DNA from: a bacterium
GTDB taxonomy: Bacteria; Cyanobacteriota; Vampirovibrionia; Gastranaerophilales; Gastranaerophilaceae
Direction of reading: 5' to 3'
DNA: 64,000 nt
Assembly (NCBI GenBank): GCA_017396025.1
Contig: JAFQNF010000046.1
Coordinates: forward strand, 18,788-82,787
In this document: one piece after another, positions 28,237 to 36,575 of the stretch
How the letters are laid out: the number at the start of each line of letters is the position of its first letter
Position numbering within the stretch: position 1 is the first letter of the stretch
Translations under genes and position numbers: made by a program
Notes under the pieces: generated by a model
The model's database searches: none
The model's input: the letters and a program-made list of their open reading frames with translations, nothing else
What the model was told of the DNA's origin: nothing

Positions 28237-29450
28237 TGAAATTAGAACAAATAAAAAATTGCAAAGACGAATATTGTACACAATTTACATTTAATCTTAT
28301 AAAAATATTAAAAAAAGAGTGTAATCTCCCAAATAATGTGAGACTTTTTTGTTTATCGTATAGAAATTTAGTTTATTATTTCTTTTATAAAAATATTGTT
28401 TTTGCTGTATCTGGAATTACCGTTGAAAACAAAAAAGAAATTAAAAATATCGATTGTATCTATAAAATTATTCTATTAAAAAATACGCCAATTTCTGTGG
28501 ATGATATTGAAGTTGAAGTAGTAAAGTCTAATTCTGATAATAAATATTCACTAGAAAATTTTTTAGATTTTTTAAATAGTCCTTCAAATATAACCGAAGA
28601 CATTGATTTGCCCTATTATAAAATCATATATTTATTTCATCAGATAAATAGAACTAGATTTGAATATGGTGATTTCGTTTTTTATATAAAGCGTGATAAT
28701 GACTACTCTCTTTATTTAAATCTTTATGCTAAAAATAAAAAAAATAATAATATTGTAAAATTATATCTTCCATATATTTGGGAAAGAGATGAAAAAACTT
28801 TTCTTTTTTATAAAAAGATACCAACTAACTTAAGAAAAATATATGTGGATGATTTTTCTAAAAATTTATCTGATTATCAAAAGAGAAAATTTAAAACAAG
28901 TCTTCTAAAATTTATACAAGAAGAAAATAAATTTTTTAATATTAAAAATTTTTATGTAATTTATTTAATAAAACAAATTATTCAACCTGTTGAATTTGAT
29001 ACAGGATGGATGGCACTTCGTATTTTTCGTTCATGTTCTGAGTTTTCGAATATATGGGTTGATGACTTTTTATCTTACGGTAATAAACCTTATTTCTTAA
29101 TTGCAAATAGTAGCAATGTATACGACATTACTAAAATCGCTATTATTGACTTTAAAGAACCCAAATATGTTACTAAAGATATATATAAACAAAATCTTAT
29201 CAAATTTCTTCATTGGGAACTTTCAAAGGATTATTTAAAAAAGTTAGTTGAATTTTTAAAACAACCATATAATGGGTGGGATTCTCTTTCTATAAAAAAT
29301 GGAGTAAAAACAAATTGGCAAAAATTAATATTTAAATATAACTTTAATACTGTTCTTGCTTGTGATTTGGAAAATAAAAACGCCATATTGGACTATGAAA
29401 TTTTGCCATTAGATTTACCAATTCCTGATTATACAAAATTATTGAATTAA
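28237..29450 (+). CDS. Orphan protein (island operon gene 1)
   Basis: I prefer the start MKLEQIKN at 28237 (TAGGAG upstream); the track ORF starts at 28182. About 404 aa, K/N/Y-rich, with no motif I recognise. Confidence 0.5.
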
Positions 29451-29472
29451 TATAAAAACATAGGAATGGATT

Positions 29473-30000
29473 ATGAAAAATAAAAATAAACAAAAAAATA
29501 ATACAGAATTTAATCAAGATGAAATTATAGAAATGGATAAGCGTGCTGCATTAATTGGAAAAGCAGATACATATTCTTCAGAAGAAATATTGAAAGAATT
29601 TGGTTATTTTAGCTTGAAAGATGAACTAGTCAAAACTCATTTATTTAATGCTGAGAATAATGAAACTCCAGAAGAAACTGAAAGTTTTTTTCTAACACCA
29701 TTGAAGCAAGATGAAATAGGGCTTCCAATGTGTGTGCATCTTCGATGTATACCAAATAAAGGAGAACCTCCTTTTTTACGTTTTCAAAATGATAGAAATA
29801 ATACATTGAACAGTAATTGGGTAAAAATCTATATTGATGGTCAAATCGACAATTATGAAAACAAAAAATTAGTTTTTACACAGTCCGAATTAAATGATTT
29901 AAAAGATTGGATAAATTTAAATAAAGAAGTCATAACAAAACATTATTATAAAGTTTATAGTTCGTTGGAAGTTTGTCACAAGTTAAGAAAATTCAAGTAA
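29473..30000 (+). CDS. Orphan protein (island operon gene 2)
   Basis: 175 aa, 22 nt after gene 1. No confident family assignment. Confidence 0.5.
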   Translation: MKNKNKQKNNTEFNQDEIIEMDKRAALIGKADTYSSEEILKEFGYFSLKDELVKTHLFNAENNETPEETESFFLTPLKQDEIGLPMCVHLRCIPNKGEPPFLRFQNDRNNTLNSNWVKIYIDGQIDNYENKKLVFTQSELNDLKDWINLNKEVITKHYYKVYSSLEVCHKLRKFK

Positions 30001-30033
30001 GAATATTTAAGAAAAATTATAAGGAGCAAAACA

Positions 30034-30381
30034 ATGACAAAAGAAGAAAACAAAAAACGAATGTATTTTCACGGCGAATGTGTAATTGCTGAAATTACAA
30101 AATTACCTAAAAATCTCAAGGCTAGAAATGACAAAGATTCTATAATGATTGCTGAGTCAGAAACAGTCGGCAATGAACATAGAATTAGAGTCAAAGAAGG
30201 TGTTGAATTTTATGAAGATGCACACGGGATTCTGTATATGAAAAATACTGTTCCAACAGAGGTTTATTGCTTACACGCAGAACGCCACGATACAATCACT
30301 CTTCCCGAAGGACTCTGGCAAATCGACAAAGCTCAAGAGTATGATTATTTAACTGCAAAAATTGTATATGTTGCAGATTAA
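30034..30381 (+). CDS. Small phage-type beta-rich protein (island operon gene 3)
   Basis: 115 aa with AAGGAG upstream. FHGECVIAEITKLPKNLK...MIAESETVGNEHRI...LHAERHDTITLPEGLWQIDKAQEYD matches a small protein family common in phages (GDVll..v..lP.....vLA.GE.TGH.H.....H.eH..i.lp.G.y.v..QrEy). This is from memory only. Confidence 0.5.
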   Translation: MTKEENKKRMYFHGECVIAEITKLPKNLKARNDKDSIMIAESETVGNEHRIRVKEGVEFYEDAHGILYMKNTVPTEVYCLHAERHDTITLPEGLWQIDKAQEYDYLTAKIVYVAD

Positions 30382-30397
30382 GGAGAGTTTATTTACA

Positions 30398-31678
30398 ATG
30401 ACAATTCCAAATGTTTATATAATTAAATCGGATAATGTTGACGAGATTGTAAATGAACTAAAACTCTACAGGCATAAATGTCAATTTTCTATTGTTGAGT
30501 CAAATAGTGCAAAAGATCTTCTTGCACAAATTGGTATTCTAGAAGAAGACAAGAAAATTTTTCAAGATTTAAATAAGCGCCATTCCCAAATAATTACAGA
30601 AAACTATAACAAAGCAGTTGAAAATATCAGATACAATAAAAAAATTGAACAAAGAATGGCGATAAAAAAATACATTGATTCTATTTTAATGGATGACACA
30701 AGACAATTATATGATGATCAAATCAAAGCACTTTGTAATGAATTTTATTTTGAATTTATTTATTCAAATAAAAAATTGTGTACACAGTTACCAAAACCCA
30801 ATATAAAAATTTTAAATTATTTTGATAAAGACATTCTAAAATCTTTACTTACAACTAATGCTTATAAAAAAGTTTTTAATAATTATTTTAAAAAAACATT
30901 TAAATATATAAAAAGACCACCTTATGAAGAAATATATTTCCCTTATTATGACCGTTTTGAGAATTGTGATAATGGGGTTTTGAATTATTATTCAAGTTTT
31001 GGTGGTGTTTTTCAAGCTCCGGAAGGATATTATAATCTATATTTTGGCGATTTCAGAGAAATTGATTCTAAATGTGAAATATTTCTTAATTGGTATAAAA
31101 AAGCTTTTAATGTACTTGCAATGTTTTATAACGAAAACAATAACACTATTTATGTTATAAAGCGTCCCCCAAAAGGCTGTTTTACGATGGCAGAAAATGG
31201 TGATATTACCATTATTTCTGAGAATAAAAAACAATTTATTAAAGGTCATTTATCATTTGACTATATAGTTAGAACCCCTGCAGAAGAGTTAGATATCAAA
31301 GACTATGCATCAATAAGAAATGCAGATGCAAAGGCTAAATTTGTCGAGAAAGTTGGATTTGAGAAATTATTTAAATTTGGCATTTTAATTGATACTTATG
31401 AAAATTATCCGGAAAATGAAATGTGGGCAAAATCCGAATATAAAATTATCGATATGCATAAAATTATTCCTCCGAGAAGAAAACAAAGCCAAGTTGGCGC
31501 CAGTATGGGCATTGCAGAGCGTTTTTCATACGCCCCATTTTTATACATGAAAAACCAAACAACAGGTGTTTATCATTTGGAAGGCTTGCACCCACGTTGC
31601 AAAACTCTCTATGATGCACTCAAAATGCGTTATAACGGTTTAAACATCAAAGATTATGACATTAAAGATATTAAATAG
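30398..31678 (+). CDS. Orphan protein, C-terminal half possibly DUF6745-like (island operon gene 4)
   Basis: I prefer the start MTIPNVYIIK at 30398 (AAGGAGAG about 11 nt upstream). The C-terminal IRNADAKAKFVEKVGFEKLF...FLYMKNQTTGVYHLEGLHPRCKTLYDALKMRYNG resembles a domain with the pattern NaevRr..iErvG.erf ... v.N.t..dG......l.Vp....a.eAvAwt. Low certainty. Confidence 0.45.
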   Translation: MTIPNVYIIKSDNVDEIVNELKLYRHKCQFSIVESNSAKDLLAQIGILEEDKKIFQDLNKRHSQIITENYNKAVENIRYNKKIEQRMAIKKYIDSILMDDTRQLYDDQIKALCNEFYFEFIYSNKKLCTQLPKPNIKILNYFDKDILKSLLTTNAYKKVFNNYFKKTFKYIKRPPYEEIYFPYYDRFENCDNGVLNYYSSFGGVFQAPEGYYNLYFGDFREIDSKCEIFLNWYKKAFNVLAMFYNENNNTIYVIKRPPKGCFTMAENGDITIISENKKQFIKGHLSFDYIVRTPAEELDIKDYASIRNADAKAKFVEKVGFEKLFKFGILIDTYENYPENEMWAKSEYKIIDMHKIIPPRRKQSQVGASMGIAERFSYAPFLYMKNQTTGVYHLEGLHPRCKTLYDALKMRYNGLNIKDYDIKDIK

Positions 31679-31727
31679 TTTATAACTATTTTAAAATAAA
31701 ATATAATTATATAGAAAGTGATAAGTA

Positions 31728-32960
31728 ATGAATAATAATTTTGCTGATTTTTCTTGTGTAAGAATGGATGAACAAAACCCAAAATGGGAACACTCTATTT
31801 CTCGTGAAATTGAAATATATAAAAAAGATTATGATATAAGAAACCCATTTGAACGTGATTTACATAGACTTACTCACTCAAATGGTTATAGAAGATTAAA
31901 GAATAAAACACAAGTATTCTTTGCACCACAAAATGACCATATTTGTACAAGAATAGAACATGTTACACATGTTTCTTTAGTTGCTGAAACTATTGCAAGA
32001 TATTTAAGATTAAATACTGATTTAGTACGAGCAATAGCGACAGGTCACGATATAGGGCACGCACCTTTTGGACATCAAGGCGAAACTATTCTTAATGAGA
32101 TAGCTAAAAAATACGAGCTAAAAAAATTCTGGCACGAAGGAAACAGCTTACATTTTATTGATAATATTGAAACTCTACCAGACTATCAAGGTTATCAAAG
32201 AAACTTAGATTTAAGTTATGCAGTTCGTGATGGAATAGTTTGTCATTGTGGAGAAGTCGATGATAAAATTCTTTTACCGCGCAATTCAGAAAGAATTTTA
32301 AGTGAAATTAAAAGAGAAGAAAAAGAATGTGCATTTACATATGAGGGTTGTGTTGTAAAAATTTCAGATAAGATTGGTTATATTGGTCGTGATATTGAAG
32401 ATGCACTATCTTATGGCATATTGTCCGAATATCAAATACAAGAATTAGAAGATATTATTCAAAATACATACAAAGATTTAAAATTAACTGAAATAAATAC
32501 AACAGTTTTAATGCATAAATTCATCATAGACTTGTGCGAAAATTCATCACCAGAATTGGGTTTGTGTTTTTCTGATGATTGCTTTAAAGCATTGCTAAGA
32601 ATTAAAAAGTTTAATTATGAAAATATCTACAACCACTCAAGGCTATTACCATTTAAAAACTATGCAAGACTTATCATAAATACAATTTTTGATAAACTTG
32701 ATGAACTCTATGGAATAAATTTAGTTTTAAATTTTAAAAAAGAAAAAAACTTTTTCCCTGAGCTAATTAAACATTTTGAAGATTGGTTAATAAAATATTC
32801 AAACTATGATTTAGAAAAGAAAAAAGAACTTAAATTAGAAAATAAAATTGTTTATAACTTAGAAGAACAAGACGAATATCGAAAAGCTATTATAGACTTT
32901 ATTTCAGGAATGAGTGATAACTTCGCCATTGCAACATTTAACGAAATAATTAGTTTTTAA
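31728..32960 (+). CDS. dGTPase-like HD-domain triphosphohydrolase (island operon gene 5)
   Basis: RDLHRLTHSNGYRRLKNKTQVF, TRIEHVTHVS, GHDIGHAPFGHQGE and the C-terminal DFISGMSDNFA are all typical of the Dgt/dGTPase-like family. Confidence 0.85.
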   Translation: MNNNFADFSCVRMDEQNPKWEHSISREIEIYKKDYDIRNPFERDLHRLTHSNGYRRLKNKTQVFFAPQNDHICTRIEHVTHVSLVAETIARYLRLNTDLVRAIATGHDIGHAPFGHQGETILNEIAKKYELKKFWHEGNSLHFIDNIETLPDYQGYQRNLDLSYAVRDGIVCHCGEVDDKILLPRNSERILSEIKREEKECAFTYEGCVVKISDKIGYIGRDIEDALSYGILSEYQIQELEDIIQNTYKDLKLTEINTTVLMHKFIIDLCENSSPELGLCFSDDCFKALLRIKKFNYENIYNHSRLLPFKNYARLIINTIFDKLDELYGINLVLNFKKEKNFFPELIKHFEDWLIKYSNYDLEKKKELKLENKIVYNLEEQDEYRKAIIDFISGMSDNFAIATFNEIISF

Positions 32961-32973
32961 GCAAATTTAGAGC

Positions 32974-33027
32974 CTGTAGCGATTCCATAGAAAATGAATT
33001 GCAAACCCTTGCTATGAAACTGTTTGA
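32974..33027 (+). repeat. Imperfect direct repeat, right arm copy
   Basis: CTGTAGCGATTCCATAGAAAATGAATTGCAAACCCTTGCTATGAAACTGTTTGA aligns with 26421-26471. Confidence 0.5.
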
Positions 33028-33060
33028 CACTTTTTATAAAACTGCAAGACTGTTGTTAAC

Positions 33061-33080
33061 AAAAAACAAAACTACTCGTT
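33061..33080 (+). repeat. Right copy of the perfect 20-nt direct repeat (putative attR core)
   Basis: AAAAAACAAAACTACTCGTT, identical to 26391-26410. Confidence 0.8.
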
Positions 33081-33100
33081 AAAATACAACAACGAAACAA

Positions 33101-33148
33101 AAAAGAGAGCCTTTCGACTCTCTTTTATTAATCTGGGGCGGAAGGATT
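33101..33148 (-). repeat. Duplicated tRNA-Gln 3' fragment plus terminator (copy A)
   Basis: AAAAGAGAGCCTTTCGACTCTCTTTTATTAATCTGGGGCGGAAGGATT is near-identical to 33288-33336. It contains the last 16 nt of tRNA-Gln and a GAGAGTC-GAAA-GGCTCTC terminator hairpin (minus-strand sense). Confidence 0.8.
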
Positions 33149-33285
33149 GTCTTGAATTTGCTCCACGCTCACAGAGTATCGCCTTTGTGGCTTTGCCACA
33201 GTCGGCTTTTTCTGTTCGCTATCCGGCATAAATGCCGTACGCAAATCCGCTCGAACCTCCTTCTCCGATTCTCTTCCTTCCGCAT
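33149..33285 (-). other. GC-rich spacer between the two tRNA-3'/terminator copies (integration scar or structured RNA)
   Basis: It contains GGAGGTTCGA (minus sense, 33251-33260), which is the 5' half of the tRNA-Gln T-arm. Hairpins at 33186-33200 and 33224-33237. An 8-bp inverted repeat, GCGGAAGG (33138-33145) / CCTTCCGC (33276-33283), brackets it. Confidence 0.4.
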
Positions 33286-33321
33286 AAAAAAAGAGAGCCT
33301 TTCGACTCTCATTTTATTATT

Positions 33322-33394
33322 CTGGGGCGGAAGGATTCGAACCTCCGAGATGCCTGGACCAAAACCAGGTGCCTTACCACTTGGCGACGCCCCA
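33322..33394 (-). tRNA. tRNA-Gln (anticodon UUG)
   Basis: Minus-strand TGGGGCGTCGCCAAGTGGTAAGGCACCTGGTTTTGGTCCAGGCATCTCGGAGGTTCGAATCCTTCCGCCCCAG folds as a cloverleaf. Acceptor is TGGGGCG/CGCCCCA, the anticodon stem is CCTGG/CCAGG with loop TTTTGGT, and the T-arm is GGAGG-TTCGAAT-CCTTC. It is near-collinear with E. coli tRNA-Gln. No CCA is encoded. A GAAA-tetraloop terminator follows (33286-33310). Confidence 0.92.
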
Positions 33395-33422
33395 ATAAGG
33401 CTGTCTGTCTCTCGACTCTTAT

Positions 33423-33451
33423 ATATTATTAAGACCATACACAAAAGTCAA
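33423..33451 (-). promoter_or_regulatory. Near-consensus promoter for tRNA-Gln
   Basis: Minus sense: TTGACT (33446-33451), a 17 nt spacer, then TAATAT (33423-33428), about 28 nt upstream of the tRNA 5' end. Confidence 0.5.
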
Positions 33452-33538
33452 GAGATTTTTTAAATTTTTCTATACTTTTAATTATTTTTATGGCTTAATT
33501 AGTATAAACATACACGACACAAAAAAAGGAAATTAAAT

Positions 33539-34195
33539 ATGCAAGCAAGACGTGCTGCCAGAGAATTAGCTTTAATATTATTTTCTCAAATGGATACAAT
33601 AGAAAACCTTAACAAATGGGATTTTCAAGATATAGTTCTGAAATCAGTTAGAACACTCACAAACAATTCCGCTGACGAATTAAAAGCTGCTTCAGCTGCA
33701 ATTATGGAAATGAAAGAATACATTGAAGAATACGAAGCAAATCATCCAAAAAATTTGGAAAGACCAATTGATGTTTCAAATGTGCCAGTTCCAATGCCAA
33801 TGACATCAGATATGCAAGGCAGATTAGATGATTTATTAAATATTGCAGAAAAAACAATGTTGGCTCTAGAAATTGCTGAAATGGCAACTTTAGAAGAGAA
33901 TTCTGATGTAAAAGAATACATTGTTAAAATTGCAAATGCCTTCAAGGCAAATAAAAATACAATCGATGAACAAATTAAAAAATTCGCTTTCGGTTGGGAT
34001 ATCAATCGTTTAGTTAAAATGGATAAAGATATTCTAAGAATTGCAATCTGCGAACTTTTATATGTTCAAGATGCACCTTTAAAAGTTATTATTGATGAAG
34101 CCCTAGAATTAGCTAAAAAATACTCAACAGACGATTCTGCTGCATTTGTTAACGGCATTTTAGGCAAAGTGGTTATTGAAAATAACTTAAAATAA
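33539..34195 (+). CDS. nusB: Transcription antitermination factor NusB (long form)
   Basis: N-terminal RRAARELALILFSQ and C-terminal ILRIAICELLY...P..V.IDEALELAKKY......FVNGILG. At 218 aa it has an internal insertion compared with the roughly 140 aa typical NusB. Confidence 0.85.
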   Translation: MQARRAARELALILFSQMDTIENLNKWDFQDIVLKSVRTLTNNSADELKAASAAIMEMKEYIEEYEANHPKNLERPIDVSNVPVPMPMTSDMQGRLDDLLNIAEKTMLALEIAEMATLEENSDVKEYIVKIANAFKANKNTIDEQIKKFAFGWDINRLVKMDKDILRIAICELLYVQDAPLKVIIDEALELAKKYSTDDSAAFVNGILGKVVIENNLK

Positions 34196-34210
34196 ACTTA
34201 GGATTAATCA

Positions 34211-35194
34211 ATGTTTAATTTCTTTAAAAAGAACGATTCCAATAATGAACAAATTGAACAAAAACAAGAAAGTTCAAAGTCATTTTGGAATTTTTCTTTT
34301 GAGGGACTAAAAAAAACAATCTCAAATACAACTCAAAACCTTGTAAACGACGTTGTTGCAAGTATTGAAGAAGAAGAAGAATTTGATGATTTTATCCTTG
34401 ATGATATGGAAGACCTATTAATTAAGGCTGATTTAGGTGTAGGATTAGCTTCATCAATTACAGATAAACTTAGAAAACAAACAAAAGTTAAACCATCACA
34501 AATAAAACAATTTTTAAAAGAAGAATTTTCTGCAATTTTATCAACAGCTGGCTCATCTGATTTAAATATTTCAGACAACGAACTAAACATATTTTTTATA
34601 ACAGGTGTAAATGGCGCAGGGAAAACAACATTAATTGCAAAACTAGCAAATAACTTTCGACTTTCTGGCAAAAAAGTTTTAGTTGCAGCAGGCGATACTT
34701 TTAGGGCTGCAGCCGAAGAACAACTTGATATTTGGGCACAACGTGCACAAGTTGATATTGTTAGAAAAGACGGAATTGATTCAGCTGCTGTTGTTTATGA
34801 CGCAATAAAAAAAGCACAAAATGAAAACTATGATATATTATTAATCGATACAGCGGGCAGGCTTCAAAACAAACGTAACCTAATGGAAGAGTTAAACAAA
34901 GTAAAAGCTGTTATAGATAAACTTGCACCAAACTGTTTAAAAGAAAGTATGCTTGTTTTAGACGCAAATACAGGCCAAAATGGTTTATCTCAAGCAAAAT
35001 TATTTTCTGAAGCTGTTAATCTTACATCTGTTGCGCTAACAAAATTAGATGGAAGTGCAAAAGGTGGCATAATTATCGCAATAGCAAAAGAATTTCAACT
35101 TCCTGTAAAATTAATTGGCGTTGGAGAAAAAATAGACGATTTAAAACTTTTCAATCCTAACGACTTTTTAAACGCTCTTTTCGAAAAAAAATAA
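34211..35194 (+). CDS. ftsY: Signal recognition particle receptor FtsY
   Basis: NG domain motifs: GVNGAGKTTLIAKLA, AAGDTFRAAA.EQL, DTAGRLQN, TKLDGSAKGG. Confidence 0.92.
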   Translation: MFNFFKKNDSNNEQIEQKQESSKSFWNFSFEGLKKTISNTTQNLVNDVVASIEEEEEFDDFILDDMEDLLIKADLGVGLASSITDKLRKQTKVKPSQIKQFLKEEFSAILSTAGSSDLNISDNELNIFFITGVNGAGKTTLIAKLANNFRLSGKKVLVAAGDTFRAAAEEQLDIWAQRAQVDIVRKDGIDSAAVVYDAIKKAQNENYDILLIDTAGRLQNKRNLMEELNKVKAVIDKLAPNCLKESMLVLDANTGQNGLSQAKLFSEAVNLTSVALTKLDGSAKGGIIIAIAKEFQLPVKLIGVGEKIDDLKLFNPNDFLNALFEKK

Positions 35195-35249
35195 AATTTC
35201 AGGCAATTTCTTTTCTTCAGTTGTTTTACAAAGACAAAAGGAGAAAAGT

Positions 35250-35834
35250 ATGAGCATAATCAAACCAGGAATTGATACGCCACATATCATAAGGCAAGCA
35301 TTAAATGCCAAAGGTCTTGCAACATTAGCACGCGAAGAAGATACTCTGCAAGCAAGAAATTCAAAACCAAAATCAACACAATACGCAAAAACGAGCCAAT
35401 TTTGTCCGCAAGATAAAGGGAAATACACAGACAAATCCCCAGAAGAAATTTTTGACAGAGCTGGAATCAGAACAAAAAAACTACAAGATGGAACTTTGGC
35501 TATTTCTGAATACTATAAACCAGATTTATGGTTAACTTATAAAGAATTAGGTATAGATGAAGAAAGACTTGTTGCGAATGTAAGCAAAGTTTTAGGTAAT
35601 ATGAACTTGGTAGATTCAAGCCTTAAAACAACAGGTGGAATAAAAGTAGTTCAAGGAGATCTTTCTATTCCTGCTGATTGTAAAATGGAAGACATGAGTT
35701 CTATAAAAGAAGTTTATGGAAGTGTCCTAATCCACTCCGATACAAAAGAAGAAGCAAAATCAATGCTAAAGAAAATGAAATTTAGACCAGATTTTGTGGG
35801 CGGAAAAGCAATAATTCTTCCAAAAAAAATCTAA
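35250..35834 (+). CDS. Hypothetical protein
   Basis: 194 aa ORF with AAAGGAGAAAAG upstream. No recognisable motif. Confidence 0.4.
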   Translation: MSIIKPGIDTPHIIRQALNAKGLATLAREEDTLQARNSKPKSTQYAKTSQFCPQDKGKYTDKSPEEIFDRAGIRTKKLQDGTLAISEYYKPDLWLTYKELGIDEERLVANVSKVLGNMNLVDSSLKTTGGIKVVQGDLSIPADCKMEDMSSIKEVYGSVLIHSDTKEEAKSMLKKMKFRPDFVGGKAIILPKKI

Positions 35835-36565
35835 GCTGAAATAAAATCCAAAATAGCATTAATAAAGGTTAATGGGTGAACCGGACAACCTGGAATGTAT
35901 AAATCAATAGGGTATTTTTCTAAAAATGCCCTATTTAATTTTGTAGAATTTTGGAATACACCACCAGATATTGCGCACGCGCCACAAAGCACAACTATTT
36001 TAGGAGCTGGGGTAGATTTATAACAATCTTCTAACGCATGTGCCATATTTTCTGAAATTGGACCTGTTATAACAATACCATCTGCGTGTCTTGGTGAGGC
36101 AACAAAGTCTATTCCAAATCGGCCCATATCAAAGTTTACGTTAGAGCAAGCATTTAGCTCCATTTCACAACCATTACATCCGCCAGCTGAAACTTGTCTT
36201 AATTTTAATGACTTACCAAAAACCTTTTTTATTTCTTTTCGAACTTCAAAAGCAACTTTATTATATTCTTCACCAGTCATATTTGGTGTAATAATCAACT
36301 TATTTCTATCTGTAGAGGCTAATTTATAGTAGTTAGAAAACTTTATTGAACTACATTTTCTTGCACAAGCACCGCAAAAAGTACATTTTCCCATGTCAAT
36401 TGATAATGGATTATTTGAAATAGCACCCGTTGGACATATTCCAACATCAACCTGAGCATCAACAATTGTAGGAAAACCTCTAAACTGTTCTCTCATTTGA
36501 GCATTTGGAATATCTTTTATAAATTGTTGTCCTTGATATATTCTTAATTTTAAAGTTTCTAACAT
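35831..36565 (-). CDS. NuoB/HycG-like small subunit with an N-terminal 4Fe-4S ferredoxin-like extension
   Basis: CTFCGACARKC (CxxCxxCxxxC) is preceded by CPTGAI. NuoB-like cluster ligands follow: GGCNGCEME, GACAISGG and IPGCPVHP. Confidence 0.8.
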   Translation of the reverse strand: MLETLKLRIYQGQQFIKDIPNAQMREQFRGFPTIVDAQVDVGICPTGAISNNPLSIDMGKCTFCGACARKCSSIKFSNYYKLASTDRNKLIITPNMTGEEYNKVAFEVRKEIKKVFGKSLKLRQVSAGGCNGCEMELNACSNVNFDMGRFGIDFVASPRHADGIVITGPISENMAHALEDCYKSTPAPKIVVLCGACAISGGVFQNSTKLNRAFLEKYPIDLYIPGCPVHPLTFINAILDFISA

Positions 36566-36575
36566 AATCTATTCC

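Larger units (their letters stand above)
26391..33080. mobile_element. Putative integrated island (about 6.67 kb) without a recognisable recombinase
   Basis: Bounded by a perfect 20-nt direct repeat, and the insertion preserves the 3' end of the target ORF. Imperfect direct repeats of about 55 bp lie just inside both ends. It is adjacent to a tRNA-Gln with duplicated 3' end fragments. Cargo is phage-like or orphan genes. Confidence 0.55.

Noticed and set aside
26391-33080. Search for an integrase, transposase or recombinase inside the island
   Set aside because: None of the seven ORFs shows an R...HxxR...Y tyrosine recombinase pattern, a serine recombinase N-terminal motif or a DDE signature. 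The element is therefore not called a prophage or ICE, only a putative non-autonomous island.
33149-33285. Possible SRP (4.5S) RNA, because the minus-strand sequence starts GCGGAAGGAAG, similar to the GGAAGGAAGCAGC helix-8 motif
   Set aside because: The motif lies at the 5' end rather than at the apex of a long hairpin. No complementary 3' strand with the conserved AGG/GA loops is present. There is also no own promoter between it and the upstream terminator. I treat it as an integration scar or unknown structured element.
33152-33463. Three overlapping ORFs (33152-33463 +, 33169-33444 -, 33232-33432 +)
   Set aside because: They run through the tRNA-Gln gene, its terminators and the GC-rich scar. 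They stay open only because the region is GC-richer, and they show no coding signal.
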